Positions 16,976-27,765 of a stretch of DNA of 64,000 bases are shown piece by piece; position 1 is the first letter of the stretch, and each line of letters starts with the position of its first letter. Source of the stretch: Alistipes sp. (GTDB taxonomy: Bacteria > Bacteroidota > Bacteroidia > Bacteroidales > Rikenellaceae). The position numbers and the translations under genes were made by a program. The DNA lies in contig JAFTVW010000005.1 of the NCBI GenBank assembly GCA_017465605.1, positions 73,074-137,073 on the forward strand, in the 5' to 3' direction. The notes under the pieces were generated by a model. The model was given only the letters and a program-made list of their open reading frames with translations. It ran no database searches and had not been told where the DNA came from.

Positions 16976-19780
16976 ATGGCAGAGGAAAAAGATATAATGG
17001 AAGAGATGGAGCCTATGCAGGAGGTGACCCTCGACGAGGATATTGTCGAGTCTGCTACTGATACGGCTATTCAAGGTAAGTATTCGCGTCTTTTTGGCGA
17101 TTCGGGAAATATGCGCAAACTTACGGGTATGTACCAAAACTGGTTTTTGGACTATGCTTCGTATGTAATCTTGGAGCGTGCCGTACCGCACGCCGAAGAT
17201 GGTCTGAAACCCGTACAACGCCGTATTTTGCACGCAATGAAGTGCTGCGATGATGGCCGCTATAATAAAGTTGCCAATATCGTCGGTCAAGCTATGCAGT
17301 ATCACCCTCACGGTGATGCTTCAATCAAAGATGCATTGGTGCAGTTGGGCCAGAAGGATTTGCTTATCGATTGTCAGGGTAACTGGGGTAATATTCTTAC
17401 AGGTGACGAGGCTGCTGCTGCCCGATATATCGAGGCTCGCTTGTCGAAGTTTGCGTTAGATGTGGTGTTTAACAAAAAGACCACCGAGTGGATGCGCTCT
17501 TACGATGGCCGTAATGAGGAGCCTGTAACCCTGCCTATCAAGTTCCCCCTTTTGCTGGCGCAGGGTACCGAGGGTATCGCCGTAGGTTTGGCATCGAAGA
17601 TTCTTCCGCATAACTTCAACGAACTTATCTCGGCTTGTGTCTCGCATTTGAAGGGTGATGATTTCCAACTTTTGCCCGATTTCCCCACCGGAGGATTGAT
17701 GGACGCAAGCCGTTATAACGATGGTTTGCGTGGTGGAGCTGTAAAAGTTCGTGCCCGTATATCAAAGGTCGATAAACGCACGCTTGTTATTACCGAGATT
17801 CCTTACTCAACCACTTCGGAATCTATCAAGGATTCAATTTTGAAGGCTATCGAGAAGGGTAAAATCAAGGTTAAGAAAGTCGATGACTTGACTGCTGACA
17901 AGGTGGAGATTGTGGTTCACGTTGCCAACGATGAGTCGAGCGATAAGACCATTGATGCACTCTACGCATTCACCTCTTGTGAAGTTTCGATTTCTCCTAA
18001 TGCCTGCGTGATTATGGACGATAAACCCTGCTTTATGGGTGTGAAGGATATCCTTCGTCGTTCTGCCGACTATACTCGCTCGTTGTTGGGCCGAGAGTTG
18101 GAGATTCGTATGCACGAATTGCAGGAGGCTTGGCACGCAGCATCGTTGGAGCGAATCTTTATTGAGAACAAGTTGTATCAGCTAATCGAAGGTTGTCGCA
18201 CTCGTGAGGCTGCATACGAGGCTGTCGATAAGGGCTTGGAGCCATTCAAGAAGAAGCTGCGCCGAGAGGTTACAATGGAAGACGTACAGCGATTGACCGA
18301 ACTTAAATTCATTCGTATTTCGCGTTATGATTCCGATAAGGCCGATAATGAAATCAAACGTATTGAGGAGGATATGAAATCAACCCAGTACGATTTGGAT
18401 CACTTGACCGACTATGCCATTGCTTACTATGAGCGTATCCGCGAGAAGTATGGCAAGGGGCGTGAGCGTCGTACCGAGATTCGAGAGTTCGATACTATCG
18501 AGGCAACTAAGGTGGCCGTTACCAATGCTAAACTCTATGTCGATAGAGCCGAGGGATTCTATGGTATCGGTAAGGGTATGAAAGATGCCGAGTTTGTATG
18601 CGATTGTAGCGACATTGACGATGTGATTGTAATCCTGAAAGATGGCCGATATAGAATTACGAAAGTTGATGATAAGGCATTCTTCGATAAGAATATCTAC
18701 TATATCGGAGTATTTAAGCGCAACGATGAACGTACAATCTATAATGTTCTCTACCGTGATGGGCGTGGTGGTGCGATAATGATGAAACGTTGTGCCATTA
18801 AGAGCATTACGCGTGATAAGGAGTATGACCTCACAAAGGGTACTCCGCGCAGCGAAATACTCTATATGTCGGTGAATCCTAACGGCGAGGCAGAGGTACT
18901 GAAAATCTATTTCCGACCTCGCCCACGTTTGAAGAAGGTGATTGTCGATTTGGACTTCTCGACCGTTGCAATCAAGGGTCGTCAGAGTCAAGGTAATCTC
19001 TTCTCTCGATATAGTATCCACAAGATTGTTCTCAAAGAGAAGGGTACATCAACTCTTGGTGGTCAGAATATCTGGTACGATGAAGATGTGCGTCGCTTGA
19101 ATACCGATGGTCGTGGAGTGTTGCTCGGTGAGTTCAAGGGCGAGGATAAGTTGGTTGTTTGGACCTCGAAGTATAAATATTACATCACAGGATTCAATGT
19201 TGACCAGCACTTCCCCGATGAGACGGTGCGTGTTGAGCGATATGTTGCAGGACGTGTTTATAGCCTTTGCTATTTCGATAGGGAGCAGAACTACTACTAT
19301 ATGAAACGCTTCCAGTTGGAGCCAACCGAGAAGATGCTCTCGTTCCTTGAAGATGAGAATATGATGGAGTTTGTCACTCTGACCGATCGAAGTGGAGCAA
19401 CTTTGATTGTTACATATAAGGGTGCGCAAGCGTCACGCCCAGCCGATGAGGTTGATGTGGATTCGTTTGTCGGAGTTAAGAGCCACCGTGCGAAGGGTAA
19501 GCGTATTACAACCTACGATGTGGCATCGCTCAGCTTCATTGAGCCTGCATTGCCCGAAGTTGACGAGAGCGCAGAAGAGAACAATGAGGTAGAAGATATA
19601 GAAGAAAATATCAATGCGGCAGATGCTACGCAAGATGCTGTAAGCGTGGATATTGATGATGCAATGGAGGTTACGGCATCTGTCGATGTTGAGCGAGATT
19701 CGGTGGTGATTGAGCCTCAGGGTGAAGATGCGGAAGAGCCTGCGGTTATTATTGATTCCGAGCAATTAAACCTCTTTTAA
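16976..19780 (+). CDS. parC: DNA topoisomerase IV subunit A with a long acidic C-terminal tail
   Basis: RAVPHAEDGLKPVQRRIL, the catalytic Tyr region AAARYIEARL, and no QRRGG-type GyrA box. The last about 75 aa are Asp/Glu-rich. Confidence 0.85.
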   Translation: MAEEKDIMEEMEPMQEVTLDEDIVESATDTAIQGKYSRLFGDSGNMRKLTGMYQNWFLDYASYVILERAVPHAEDGLKPVQRRILHAMKCCDDGRYNKVANIVGQAMQYHPHGDASIKDALVQLGQKDLLIDCQGNWGNILTGDEAAAARYIEARLSKFALDVVFNKKTTEWMRSYDGRNEEPVTLPIKFPLLLAQGTEGIAVGLASKILPHNFNELISACVSHLKGDDFQLLPDFPTGGLMDASRYNDGLRGGAVKVRARISKVDKRTLVITEIPYSTTSESIKDSILKAIEKGKIKVKKVDDLTADKVEIVVHVANDESSDKTIDALYAFTSCEVSISPNACVIMDDKPCFMGVKDILRRSADYTRSLLGRELEIRMHELQEAWHAASLERIFIENKLYQLIEGCRTREAAYEAVDKGLEPFKKKLRREVTMEDVQRLTELKFIRISRYDSDKADNEIKRIEEDMKSTQYDLDHLTDYAIAYYERIREKYGKGRERRTEIREFDTIEATKVAVTNAKLYVDRAEGFYGIGKGMKDAEFVCDCSDIDDVIVILKDGRYRITKVDDKAFFDKNIYYIGVFKRNDERTIYNVLYRDGRGGAIMMKRCAIKSITRDKEYDLTKGTPRSEILYMSVNPNGEAEVLKIYFRPRPRLKKVIVDLDFSTVAIKGRQSQGNLFSRYSIHKIVLKEKGTSTLGGQNIWYDEDVRRLNTDGRGVLLGEFKGEDKLVVWTSKYKYYITGFNVDQHFPDETVRVERYVAGRVYSLCYFDREQNYYYMKRFQLEPTEKMLSFLEDENMMEFVTLTDRSGATLIVTYKGAQASRPADEVDVDSFVGVKSHRAKGKRITTYDVASLSFIEPALPEVDESAEENNEVEDIEENINAADATQDAVSVDIDDAMEVTASVDVERDSVVIEPQGEDAEEPAVIIDSEQLNLF

Positions 19781-19801
19781 TTAAAGCGTTACTTTAAGTA
19801 A

Positions 19802-20344
19802 ATGTCAACACAAATGGGTATAAAACTCTTTTTGGTGGGGTATATGGGCTGCGGAAAAAGCTCGCTCGGCAAGAAACTGTCGAAGGTGACGGGCTATGAG
19901 TTTGTTGATATGGACTCCGTTATCGAGCAGCGAGAGGGTGCGGCCATTAGTGAGATTTTCCATTATGCAGGTGAGGAGTATTTTCGTCGAGCTGAGAGAG
20001 CGTTGATTGAGGAACTGGCCACAAAAGAGGGTGATATGATTATTTCGACAGGAGGTGGAGCTCCTACTTGGTCGGATAATATGGAGTATATGAATCGTGC
20101 GGGAGTGTGCGTGTATCTGCGTCGCACAGCCCAGCAGATAGCCTCGCGCCTGAGCCCTCACGGAAGGCAAAAACGACCAAAGCTAAGAGGTCTCAATGAT
20201 GAGGAGTTAGTGGCCTTTATGACCGAGAATATGGCCGAGCGAGAGCCTTATTATTCGCAGGCAAAGTGCATTGTGGAGTGCGCAGAGCGTAGTGATGCAG
20301 AGATTATTGATATAATATTGTCTTACGTAAAAAGCAATGAATAA
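19802..20344 (+). CDS. aroK: Shikimate kinase
   Basis: P-loop GYMGCGKS and the typical size. ATG 19814 is an alternative start. Confidence 0.88.
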   Translation: MSTQMGIKLFLVGYMGCGKSSLGKKLSKVTGYEFVDMDSVIEQREGAAISEIFHYAGEEYFRRAERALIEELATKEGDMIISTGGGAPTWSDNMEYMNRAGVCVYLRRTAQQIASRLSPHGRQKRPKLRGLNDEELVAFMTENMAEREPYYSQAKCIVECAERSDAEIIDIILSYVKSNE

Positions 20345-21107
20345 CAACCCGATAGGTGTATATGATTCTGGATTTGGCGGTTTGTCGGTGTGGCGAGAGC
20401 TGTATCGAGCATTGCCAGAGGAATCTATTATCTATTTGGGTGATGGCAAGAATTGTCCCTATGGCTCATTGTCGGAGGAGAAAATTCGTAGCCTTGCAGT
20501 GAAGTCGGTCGAAGAATTGCTGGCAAGAGGGTGTAAGATGATAGTTGTTGCTTGTAATACTGCTACCGCTGCGGCTATCAAACATCTGCGCGCAACGTTC
20601 CCCGATATTCCTATTGTGGGTTTAGAGCCTGCTGTTAAACCAGCTTGCCAGAGAACTCGTAGCGGAGTTGTGGGCGTTATTGCCACCGAGCGTAGTTTGA
20701 AAAGCGAGAAGTTTCTTGCGACGCTTGCCAAATATGGACAAGGTGTAAATGTGATAAAGTCCGTAGGGCAAGGTTTTGTCGAGGCGGTGGAGCGTAATGC
20801 TGAGAATTCTCCGCAGACAGAGGAGATAGTGCGAGAGGTCGTTGAGCCTATTGTTAGTCAAGGGGCTGATATGCTGGTTCTTGGGTGTACGCATTATCCG
20901 TTTTTGCGAGATGTTATTGCAAAGGTTATAGGAGAGCGCAATGTGGAGATAATCGATTCGGGCGAAGCCGTTGAAAAACGAGTTGAATCGTTGCTCGAAG
21001 AGTATGATTTAAGAGCCGAGCAGGGGCATCGGGCAGAGTATGAGTTTGTGAGCTTTGCCGATGGGGATTATGTGCAACGTCTGCGCTGTAAAGCCTTTGC
21101 AGAGTGA
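20337..21107 (+). CDS. murI: Glutamate racemase
   Basis: GVYDSGFGGLSV, plus the catalytic Cys motifs VVACNTA and LGCTHYP. It overlaps aroK by 8 nt. Confidence 0.92.
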   Translation: MNNNPIGVYDSGFGGLSVWRELYRALPEESIIYLGDGKNCPYGSLSEEKIRSLAVKSVEELLARGCKMIVVACNTATAAAIKHLRATFPDIPIVGLEPAVKPACQRTRSGVVGVIATERSLKSEKFLATLAKYGQGVNVIKSVGQGFVEAVERNAENSPQTEEIVREVVEPIVSQGADMLVLGCTHYPFLRDVIAKVIGERNVEIIDSGEAVEKRVESLLEEYDLRAEQGHRAEYEFVSFADGDYVQRLRCKAFAE

Positions 21108-21202
21108 ATATTACACAGATTACCTAACGTGGAGATTTAGGTATTTGCAAATTATCAACTATTACAAATCGGGCGATGCCCGTAATTAAGGAAGTGTAAA
21201 GT

Positions 21203-24103
21203 ATGGCACAAAATGTAAAGAAGAAAAATAGTAAATCTCGCTCGCAGGAGCCGAGTGTAACGAGCGTTCCATCGAATGATAATTTATTGTGGATGGTTGG
21301 CTTTGTAATGCTTGTCTTGGGTGTTATATCGTTCTGTTCGGTATGCTCTCATTTCTTGCATTGGTCATCGGATTTGTCGGCTCTTCGTAACGACGAGGAG
21401 CTAACAGGTGTGGTTGTGCCATTTGAGAATGTGTGTAGCCGTCTTGGTGCTATGATTGCATACTGGGTGGTGGATTGCTCGTTTGGCGTGTTTGGTATTA
21501 TAATCCCAATTGTTATTACAGTATTAGGCTGGCGTATTTTCCGTAAAAAAGCGTTGCATTTGAATCACTTTGCATTGAGTGCCGCTTTGTTGCTTGTGAT
21601 GGGTGCGCTCACGTTGGGATTTGTGGGTTTGCAGTTTGCAGTGCCATACGATATTGGTGGCCGATTGGGTCACGCTTGCGCTATGGATTTGTCGCAGATT
21701 ATTGGAACATTTGGAATGATAGTCTTGCTTCTGGCAGGTTGGGTCTTGACGGGCGTATTTATCAATCGCAACTTTATCCATATCGTAAATGGATTTAGCG
21801 ATACAATGGTTCATCAAAGCGAGCGATTGGCTACCGTTGTGAAAGATACGGTTGTGAAAAATCGTAAGGAGGAGGTCTCTGATGAGGAAGATTCTGTCGG
21901 GGATAGCGAGACGGAGGCAGGCGACGATGTGCGTGAAGGATATTCGGTAAACTCGCAGGTTTCGGGTGGCTCTACTTCTATTTCTATGTCGGACGTGCCT
22001 ATGGCGCAAGGGGCGGAGCAAAACATAGCTTCACAACAGTTGAATTATCAGCCCCAAGAGGCACAAATAACACCTTCGGTAAGACCTATCTCACGTCCTA
22101 CGGAGCTTGTAGCAGAGGAGGAAGATGAGTTTTATGTCGAGAGTGTTAATGCACCTAATAATGGTAAGGCGACAGATGTTGCAAATGCCCATTTAGAACC
22201 GCAAGAGCCTCAGTTTGATGAAGATGGATTTATGGTGATACCAAACAGTGGAGCTATACCCAATAAGATAAATGTGGATATTCTAATGTCGCGAGACAAA
22301 TCAGATGATGGGCAAACTGTTTCTGATGATGGAGCAAAGGATAATGCAGGTAATGTCTTTGATGAAGATGGTTTTGCTGTGGTGGCTCGTGGCGAAGAGG
22401 GGGCAGCGGAGGGTGTCCTTCCTGCGGCTAAGAAGAGTGAATATGACTTCTCAACACCCGAGGTGAAGATGCCGTTGCCGAAAGATTCTGCGGCCGCAGT
22501 CGCAGAGGAGGAAGATGGTATAATCGTTACGGTTAGAGAGAATAAGCCAAAGCAGTTGGCTGAGTCGGAGGTTGATTTTGAGCTATATGACCCATTGCGG
22601 GATTTGGAGAGCTACAAGAAACCATATGTTTCGCTGCTTGAAGATTATAAGTCACCCCACAAGGTGAGCGATGCTGAAATTTACGACAATAAGTGCCGTA
22701 TTCAGGAGACCTTGAAGTATTTTGGTATTCCAATTTTGGATATTCACGCCACTGTTGGCCCAACTGTCACGCTCTATGAGATTGTGCAGGCGCAAGGAGT
22801 GAAAATCTCGAAGATTCAAGGCTTGGAAAAAGATATTGCTCAAAGCCTCAAATCGTTGGGAATACGAATAATAGCTCCAATTCCCGGGCGTGGTACAATC
22901 GGTATTGAAGTGCCTAATCGCGATAAGCAGATTGTGTCGATGTACTCGTCGATTTGTTCGGAGGAGTTCCAGTCGTCGAAGGCCGAGTTGCCTATCGTAA
23001 TTGGTCGCACGATTCAAAATGAGAATTATACCTTCGATTTGGCTAAGATGCCCCACTTGTTGGTGGCGGGTGCTACGGGTCAGGGTAAATCGGTTGGATT
23101 GAATGCCATCATCACCTCGCTTCTTTATAGGAAGCACCCCGCCGAGTTGAAATTTGTGATGATTGACCCCAAGATGGTGGAGTTCTCGATTTATAACAAA
23201 TTGGAGCGTCACTTCCTTGCAAAGATGGAGTCGGAGGACGAGGCTATTATTACCGAGCCTAAGAAGGCCGTATATGCACTCAATTCGTTGGTTGAGGAGA
23301 TGGGCCGTCGATTGGAGCTTTGTAAGATGGCTACGGCAAGAAATATCGTCGAGTATAACCAAAAGTTTGTTTCGCGACGACTCAACCCTCAGAAGGGACA
23401 TAGATTCTTGCCATATATAGTTGTTATTGTCGATGAGTTTGCCGACTTGATTATGACAGCTAAGGAGGTTGAAGTGCCTGTTATGCGATTGGCCCAGAAG
23501 GCTCGTGCGGTGGGTATTCACCTTATTATCGCCACTCAGCGTCCCGATGTGAAGATTATCACAGGAGGTATCAAGGCCAACTTCCCAGCGCGCATTGCAT
23601 TCAGGGTGATGCAGATGATTGACTCGCGTACGATCATTGACCAGCCGGGTGCAAATCAGCTGATAGGTCGCGGTGATATGTTGTTCTCGAATAATGGTGA
23701 GCTTACGCGTGTGCAGTGTGCTTTGGTTGAGACCCGCGAGGTGGAACGATTGGTTGATTTCATCTCTAAGCAGCAGGGTTATCCCGATGCATATCCATTG
23801 CCCGATTTTGTTCCCGATAACTCCGATGGGGGTGGTGGAGCATCGGATTCAGAGAGTGGTGCACCTGTAAAATATGATATGTTGTTTGGTGAGGTGGCGC
23901 GTGCGGCAGTTACCAATGGTATGATATCAACTTCGGCCATACAACGTAACTACGAGGTGGGATTCAATCGCGCGGGGCGTATTATGCTGCAATTGGAACG
24001 AGCAGGAATCGTCGGACCGCAAGTAGGCTCTAAACCTCGTGAAATAAAATACTACGACCTGCAGTCGTTGGAGGCTAAGTTGCAGGATTTGGGTGTATTT
24101 TAA
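21203..24103 (+). CDS. ftsK: DNA translocase FtsK/SpoIIIE
   Basis: N-terminal TM helices, a long low-complexity acidic linker, the motor domain (GATGQGKS Walker A, VVIVDEFADL Walker B), and a C-terminal gamma winged helix. Confidence 0.93.
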   Translation: MAQNVKKKNSKSRSQEPSVTSVPSNDNLLWMVGFVMLVLGVISFCSVCSHFLHWSSDLSALRNDEELTGVVVPFENVCSRLGAMIAYWVVDCSFGVFGIIIPIVITVLGWRIFRKKALHLNHFALSAALLLVMGALTLGFVGLQFAVPYDIGGRLGHACAMDLSQIIGTFGMIVLLLAGWVLTGVFINRNFIHIVNGFSDTMVHQSERLATVVKDTVVKNRKEEVSDEEDSVGDSETEAGDDVREGYSVNSQVSGGSTSISMSDVPMAQGAEQNIASQQLNYQPQEAQITPSVRPISRPTELVAEEEDEFYVESVNAPNNGKATDVANAHLEPQEPQFDEDGFMVIPNSGAIPNKINVDILMSRDKSDDGQTVSDDGAKDNAGNVFDEDGFAVVARGEEGAAEGVLPAAKKSEYDFSTPEVKMPLPKDSAAAVAEEEDGIIVTVRENKPKQLAESEVDFELYDPLRDLESYKKPYVSLLEDYKSPHKVSDAEIYDNKCRIQETLKYFGIPILDIHATVGPTVTLYEIVQAQGVKISKIQGLEKDIAQSLKSLGIRIIAPIPGRGTIGIEVPNRDKQIVSMYSSICSEEFQSSKAELPIVIGRTIQNENYTFDLAKMPHLLVAGATGQGKSVGLNAIITSLLYRKHPAELKFVMIDPKMVEFSIYNKLERHFLAKMESEDEAIITEPKKAVYALNSLVEEMGRRLELCKMATARNIVEYNQKFVSRRLNPQKGHRFLPYIVVIVDEFADLIMTAKEVEVPVMRLAQKARAVGIHLIIATQRPDVKIITGGIKANFPARIAFRVMQMIDSRTIIDQPGANQLIGRGDMLFSNNGELTRVQCALVETREVERLVDFISKQQGYPDAYPLPDFVPDNSDGGGGASDSESGAPVKYDMLFGEVARAAVTNGMISTSAIQRNYEVGFNRAGRIMLQLERAGIVGPQVGSKPREIKYYDLQSLEAKLQDLGVF

Positions 24104-24170
24104 TGGTAAATAACTGAGCGGATATACTATTTTATGTGGTATATCCGTTTGTTTATAAAACAGAAACGGT

Positions 24171-24767
24171 ATGCGACGTGTTTTAATGATGTTTTCGGCA
24201 TTGATTGTATGCTACTCGGCCATAGCAGATGGTGGAGCTATGCAGGTCGTGCAGCGTGTGGCCCGTTATGTGAAATCGTTGGGTGGATACGAAGTGAATT
24301 TTGTTTTGACATCGGGGGAGTATGCCGCAAAGGGGTATTTCTCGGTAGAGGGTGATGCGTACTATATGAATGTTGGCGTGGCGGAGGTGTATTCCGATGG
24401 TAAGGTGCGATATGAGGTTGATAATGAGCGCAGAGAGATAAATGTTGATTATGTGAATCTGTCGAGCCGCAATATTTTGGATAATCCCACTCGTTGCTTC
24501 GATTTTGTGGGTAGTGACTACAAGGTGCGAAGCGAACAAGTGCGAGGCGAAGATATAACGCTCAGCCTCTCTTCTGAGAATAAAGATAATGTAGGTGTGA
24601 TTCGGTTGGTGTCGGACGCGAAAACCGGTCGCCCATCGGCTTTGGAGTATGAGATGTATGACGAGAAAGTTAAGGTTAATATTCTCTCGATTGAGGGAAA
24701 TAAAAAGCCGATAAAGCGGTTCGAGCAGTCGAATTATCGTAATTATGAAATTATAGATTTTCGATAG
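24171..24767 (+). CDS. LolA-like outer-membrane lipoprotein carrier family protein
   Basis: Signal peptide, the size, and the position directly after ftsK (the usual Bacteroidales arrangement). It also has a LolA-like pattern (YSDGKVRYEVDN..., LDNPTRCFDF). Confidence 0.6.
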   Translation: MRRVLMMFSALIVCYSAIADGGAMQVVQRVARYVKSLGGYEVNFVLTSGEYAAKGYFSVEGDAYYMNVGVAEVYSDGKVRYEVDNERREINVDYVNLSSRNILDNPTRCFDFVGSDYKVRSEQVRGEDITLSLSSENKDNVGVIRLVSDAKTGRPSALEYEMYDEKVKVNILSIEGNKKPIKRFEQSNYRNYEIIDFR

Positions 24768-24821
24768 ATGAGCCGCAGTTGAAAGTCAAGCCTTCAAGTC
24801 GAGTAAAATGTGCTAAAAATG

Positions 24822-24859
24822 AAAATTTCTCTCGGCAGGAGGTCGGGAGAAATTTTTTT
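24822..24859 (+). terminator. Rho-independent terminator after the lolA-like gene
   Basis: 10-bp stem aaaatttctc/gagaaatttt followed by a T run. Confidence 0.7.
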
Positions 24860-24967
24860 CGCGCTCAAATCGGCTGAAAATGGCCAAAAATGGGGTATGT
24901 GTTGGATAAAATCTCCGTTTCGAGGTAAAAAAATAACCATAAAATTGGTTATGTGCGAAAAAAACGC

Positions 24968-24975
24968 TACTTTTG
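24968..24975 (+). promoter_or_regulatory. -7 box candidate for gyrA (distal)
   Basis: tacttttg lies about 135 nt upstream of the ATG at 25111. A second match, taattttg, lies at 25100-25107. Confidence 0.35.
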
Positions 24976-25110
24976 CTTATTAAAATAAGTGCGAAACGTG
25001 AGTTGCTTTTTGCGGGTTGCAATAAGGGTTTTATTATTGAGCCGAATAGCTTGTGGTAAAGGCCGATTTGTGAGCGGAAGAGAGCAAATTTGCGCGAGCT
25101 AATTTTGTAA

Positions 25111-27729
25111 ATGAAAGAAACAATGTTGACTGAAGAAGAAAAGAATACCTCGTTGACGGGGAAAATTATTCCTATCAAAATCGAGGAGCAGATGAAGTCA
25201 GCCTATATCGATTACTCGATGTCGGTTATCGTATCGCGTGCGTTGCCTGATGTGCGTGATGGTTTGAAGCCTGTACATCGTCGTATTTTGTATGATATGA
25301 GTGCTGAGCTGAATCTCTATTCCGACAAGCCTACTCGTAAGTCTGCCCGTATTGTGGGAGACGTGCTCGGTAAGTTCCACCCTCACGGCGATAGCTCGGT
25401 TTACGAGGCTATGGTTCGTATGGCTCAGGATTGGGCTATGCGTTATCCGCTTGTAGAGGGTCAGGGTAACTTCGGTTCTATGGACGGTGACTCTGCTGCG
25501 GCTATGCGTTACACTGAGGCCCGTATGCAGAAGATTACCGATGAGGTGATGGCCGACATCGATAAGGAGACTATTGATTGGACTACCAACTTCGATGATA
25601 CAATTAAGGAGCCAACCGTGTTGCCAACCAAGATACCTTTGTTGCTTGTGAATGGCGCAAGTGGTATTGCTGTGGGTATGGCAACAAATATGGCACCTCA
25701 TAATTTGGGTGAGGTAGTTGATGCTTGTTGTGCTTATGTGGATAATCCCGATTGCGATTGCGAGGAGTTGTTGCAGTATGTGAAGGGCCCCGATTTCCCC
25801 ACAGGCGCATTGATTTATGGCTATGAGGGCGTTAAGGAGGCACTCCTAACGGGTCGTGGTCGCGTGATGATGCGTGCTCGTACAGAGATTGAAACCTCTC
25901 CGACAGGTCACGAGACAATTGTCGTTACGGAGATTCCGTATATGGTCAATAAGGCCGAGATGATTAAGCGTATCGGCGAGTTGGTCAATGAGAAGAAGTT
26001 GGAGGGTATCTCGCATATCAACGATGAGAGTGACCGTCAGGGTACTCGTATCGCTATTGAGGTTAAGCGCGATGCGTCGGCTAATGTAGTGCTCAATACA
26101 CTCTTCAAGAATACGCAGTTGCAGACGTCGTTTGCCGTTAACAACATTGCGTTGGTTAATGGTCGCCCGATGCTCTTGAACTTGAAGGATTTGATTAAGC
26201 ACTTCGTTGAGCATCGTCACGATGTGGTTGTACGTCGTACTCGCTTTGATTTGAAGAAGGCGCAGGAGCGTATGCATATCGTGCAGGGTCTTATTATTGC
26301 GCAGGATAATATTGACGAAGTTGTACATATTATTAGAAACTCCCGTAATAACGATTTGGCAAAGCAGGCTTTGCAGGAGCGTTTTGGTTTGAGCGAGATT
26401 CAGGCGTCGGCAATTACCGAGATGCGTCTGCGTCAATTGACAGGCTTGGAGGTTGAGAAATTGGAGAATGAGCGTGCCGAGTTGGAGCGTCAGATTAACT
26501 ACTTCAACGATGTATTGGCAAGTGTCGAGATGCAGTTGCAAATCGTTAAGGACGAGCTTATCGAGGTGAAGAACACTTACGGCGATGAGCGTCGTACCGA
26601 GATTGTATATTCGTCGGAGGAGTTTAATCCAGAGGATTTCTATGCTGATGACGATATGGTAATCACCATTTCGCATATGGGTTATATCAAGCGTACTCCA
26701 CTTGCTGAGTATCGCACTCAGAATCGTGGTGGTGTAGGCTCGAAGGGTAGTGCTACTCGTGACGAGGACTTCATCGAGCATATCTATGTTGCTTCGATGC
26801 ACAATACAATGATGTTCTTTACGGAGAAGGGCCGTTGCTACTGGTTGAAGGTTTACCAGATTCCAGAGGGTACTCGCACTTCGAAGGGTCGTGCAATCCA
26901 GAATATTATTCAGATTGACCCCGATGATAAGGTGCGTGCATATATCAACACCAAGAACCTTAACGATGAGGAGTATATCAACAACAACTTTATTGTGATG
27001 TGTACTCGTGAGGGTGTTATCAAGAAGACTAAGTTGGAGGCTTACTCTCGTCCTCGTCAGAATGGTGTGAATGCAATCGTGATTCGCGAGGGTGATCAGC
27101 TTATCGAGGCTAAGATTACAAGCGGTGAGGCTGAGGTGATGATTGCAGCTCGTGGCGGTAAGGCTATCCGATTCAATGAAAGTACAGTTCGTCCTATTGG
27201 TCGTGTGGGTGCTGGTGTTCGCGGTATCGCACTTGACGAGGGTGACGAGGTTGTAGGTATGATTTGTATCGAGCCCGATGCTAAACGCGATGTGTTGGTA
27301 TTGTCGGAGAATGGTTACGGAAAGCGTACCGATTTGGACGAGTACCGTATCACAAATCGTGGTGGTAAGGGTGTTAAGACTATTAATATCACAGAGAAGA
27401 CAGGTGATTTGATTTCGATTCAGGCTGTGAACGATGATAACGACCTTATGATTATCAACCGCTCGGGTGTGACAATCCGTACCGAGGTGTCGCAGATTCG
27501 TTTGGCTGGACGTGCTACGCAGGGTGTGAGAATCATCAACTTGCGTGAGGGTGATGCAATTGCATCGGTTATGGCTGTTCCTGCTAGCGACGAGGCCGAG
27601 GAGATTGAGAATGTAGTAAGCGAGGGCGCAGAGGCTGTGGCTGATAGTGCAGTTGCAGAGAATGTTGCTCCATCTGCTGAGAATACAACCGATGCCGAGG
27701 GCGTTGCTGATACAGAATTTTTAATTTAA
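25111..27729 (+). CDS. gyrA: DNA gyrase subunit A
   Basis: [30 protein letters not shown], the catalytic Tyr region [10 protein letters not shown], a GyrA-box-like [10 protein letters not shown], and an acidic C-terminal tail. Confidence 0.95.
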   Translation: MKETMLTEEEKNTSLTGKIIPIKIEEQMKSAYIDYSMSVIVSRALPDVRDGLKPVHRRILYDMSAELNLYSDKPTRKSARIVGDVLGKFHPHGDSSVYEAMVRMAQDWAMRYPLVEGQGNFGSMDGDSAAAMRYTEARMQKITDEVMADIDKETIDWTTNFDDTIKEPTVLPTKIPLLLVNGASGIAVGMATNMAPHNLGEVVDACCAYVDNPDCDCEELLQYVKGPDFPTGALIYGYEGVKEALLTGRGRVMMRARTEIETSPTGHETIVVTEIPYMVNKAEMIKRIGELVNEKKLEGISHINDESDRQGTRIAIEVKRDASANVVLNTLFKNTQLQTSFAVNNIALVNGRPMLLNLKDLIKHFVEHRHDVVVRRTRFDLKKAQERMHIVQGLIIAQDNIDEVVHIIRNSRNNDLAKQALQERFGLSEIQASAITEMRLRQLTGLEVEKLENERAELERQINYFNDVLASVEMQLQIVKDELIEVKNTYGDERRTEIVYSSEEFNPEDFYADDDMVITISHMGYIKRTPLAEYRTQNRGGVGSKGSATRDEDFIEHIYVASMHNTMMFFTEKGRCYWLKVYQIPEGTRTSKGRAIQNIIQIDPDDKVRAYINTKNLNDEEYINNNFIVMCTREGVIKKTKLEAYSRPRQNGVNAIVIREGDQLIEAKITSGEAEVMIAARGGKAIRFNESTVRPIGRVGAGVRGIALDEGDEVVGMICIEPDAKRDVLVLSENGYGKRTDLDEYRITNRGGKGVKTINITEKTGDLISIQAVNDDNDLMIINRSGVTIRTEVSQIRLAGRATQGVRIINLREGDAIASVMAVPASDEAEEIENVVSEGAEAVADSAVAENVAPSAENTTDAEGVADTEFLI

Positions 27730-27765
27730 CAACTAATACAAACGTTTTCATTAAAATTTACATTT

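Noticed and set aside
24813-25178. 121-aa minus-strand ORF in the lolA-gyrA intergenic region
   Set aside because: It overlaps the gyrA start, a terminator hairpin and promoter boxes. It is Phe/Ser/Ile-rich, has no homology signal, and has no promoter of its own.
25846-26802. 318-aa ORF antisense to gyrA
   Set aside because: It lies entirely inside a strongly supported gene on the opposite strand. Its composition is Leu/Thr/Asn/His-rich and low-complexity, typical of the stop-poor antisense frame. The same applies to 22652-23521 (ftsK), 7491-8282 (TonB receptor), 18380-19021 (parC), 16013-16588 (parE), 55341-56024 (OM barrel) and 32823-33584 (SPFH).
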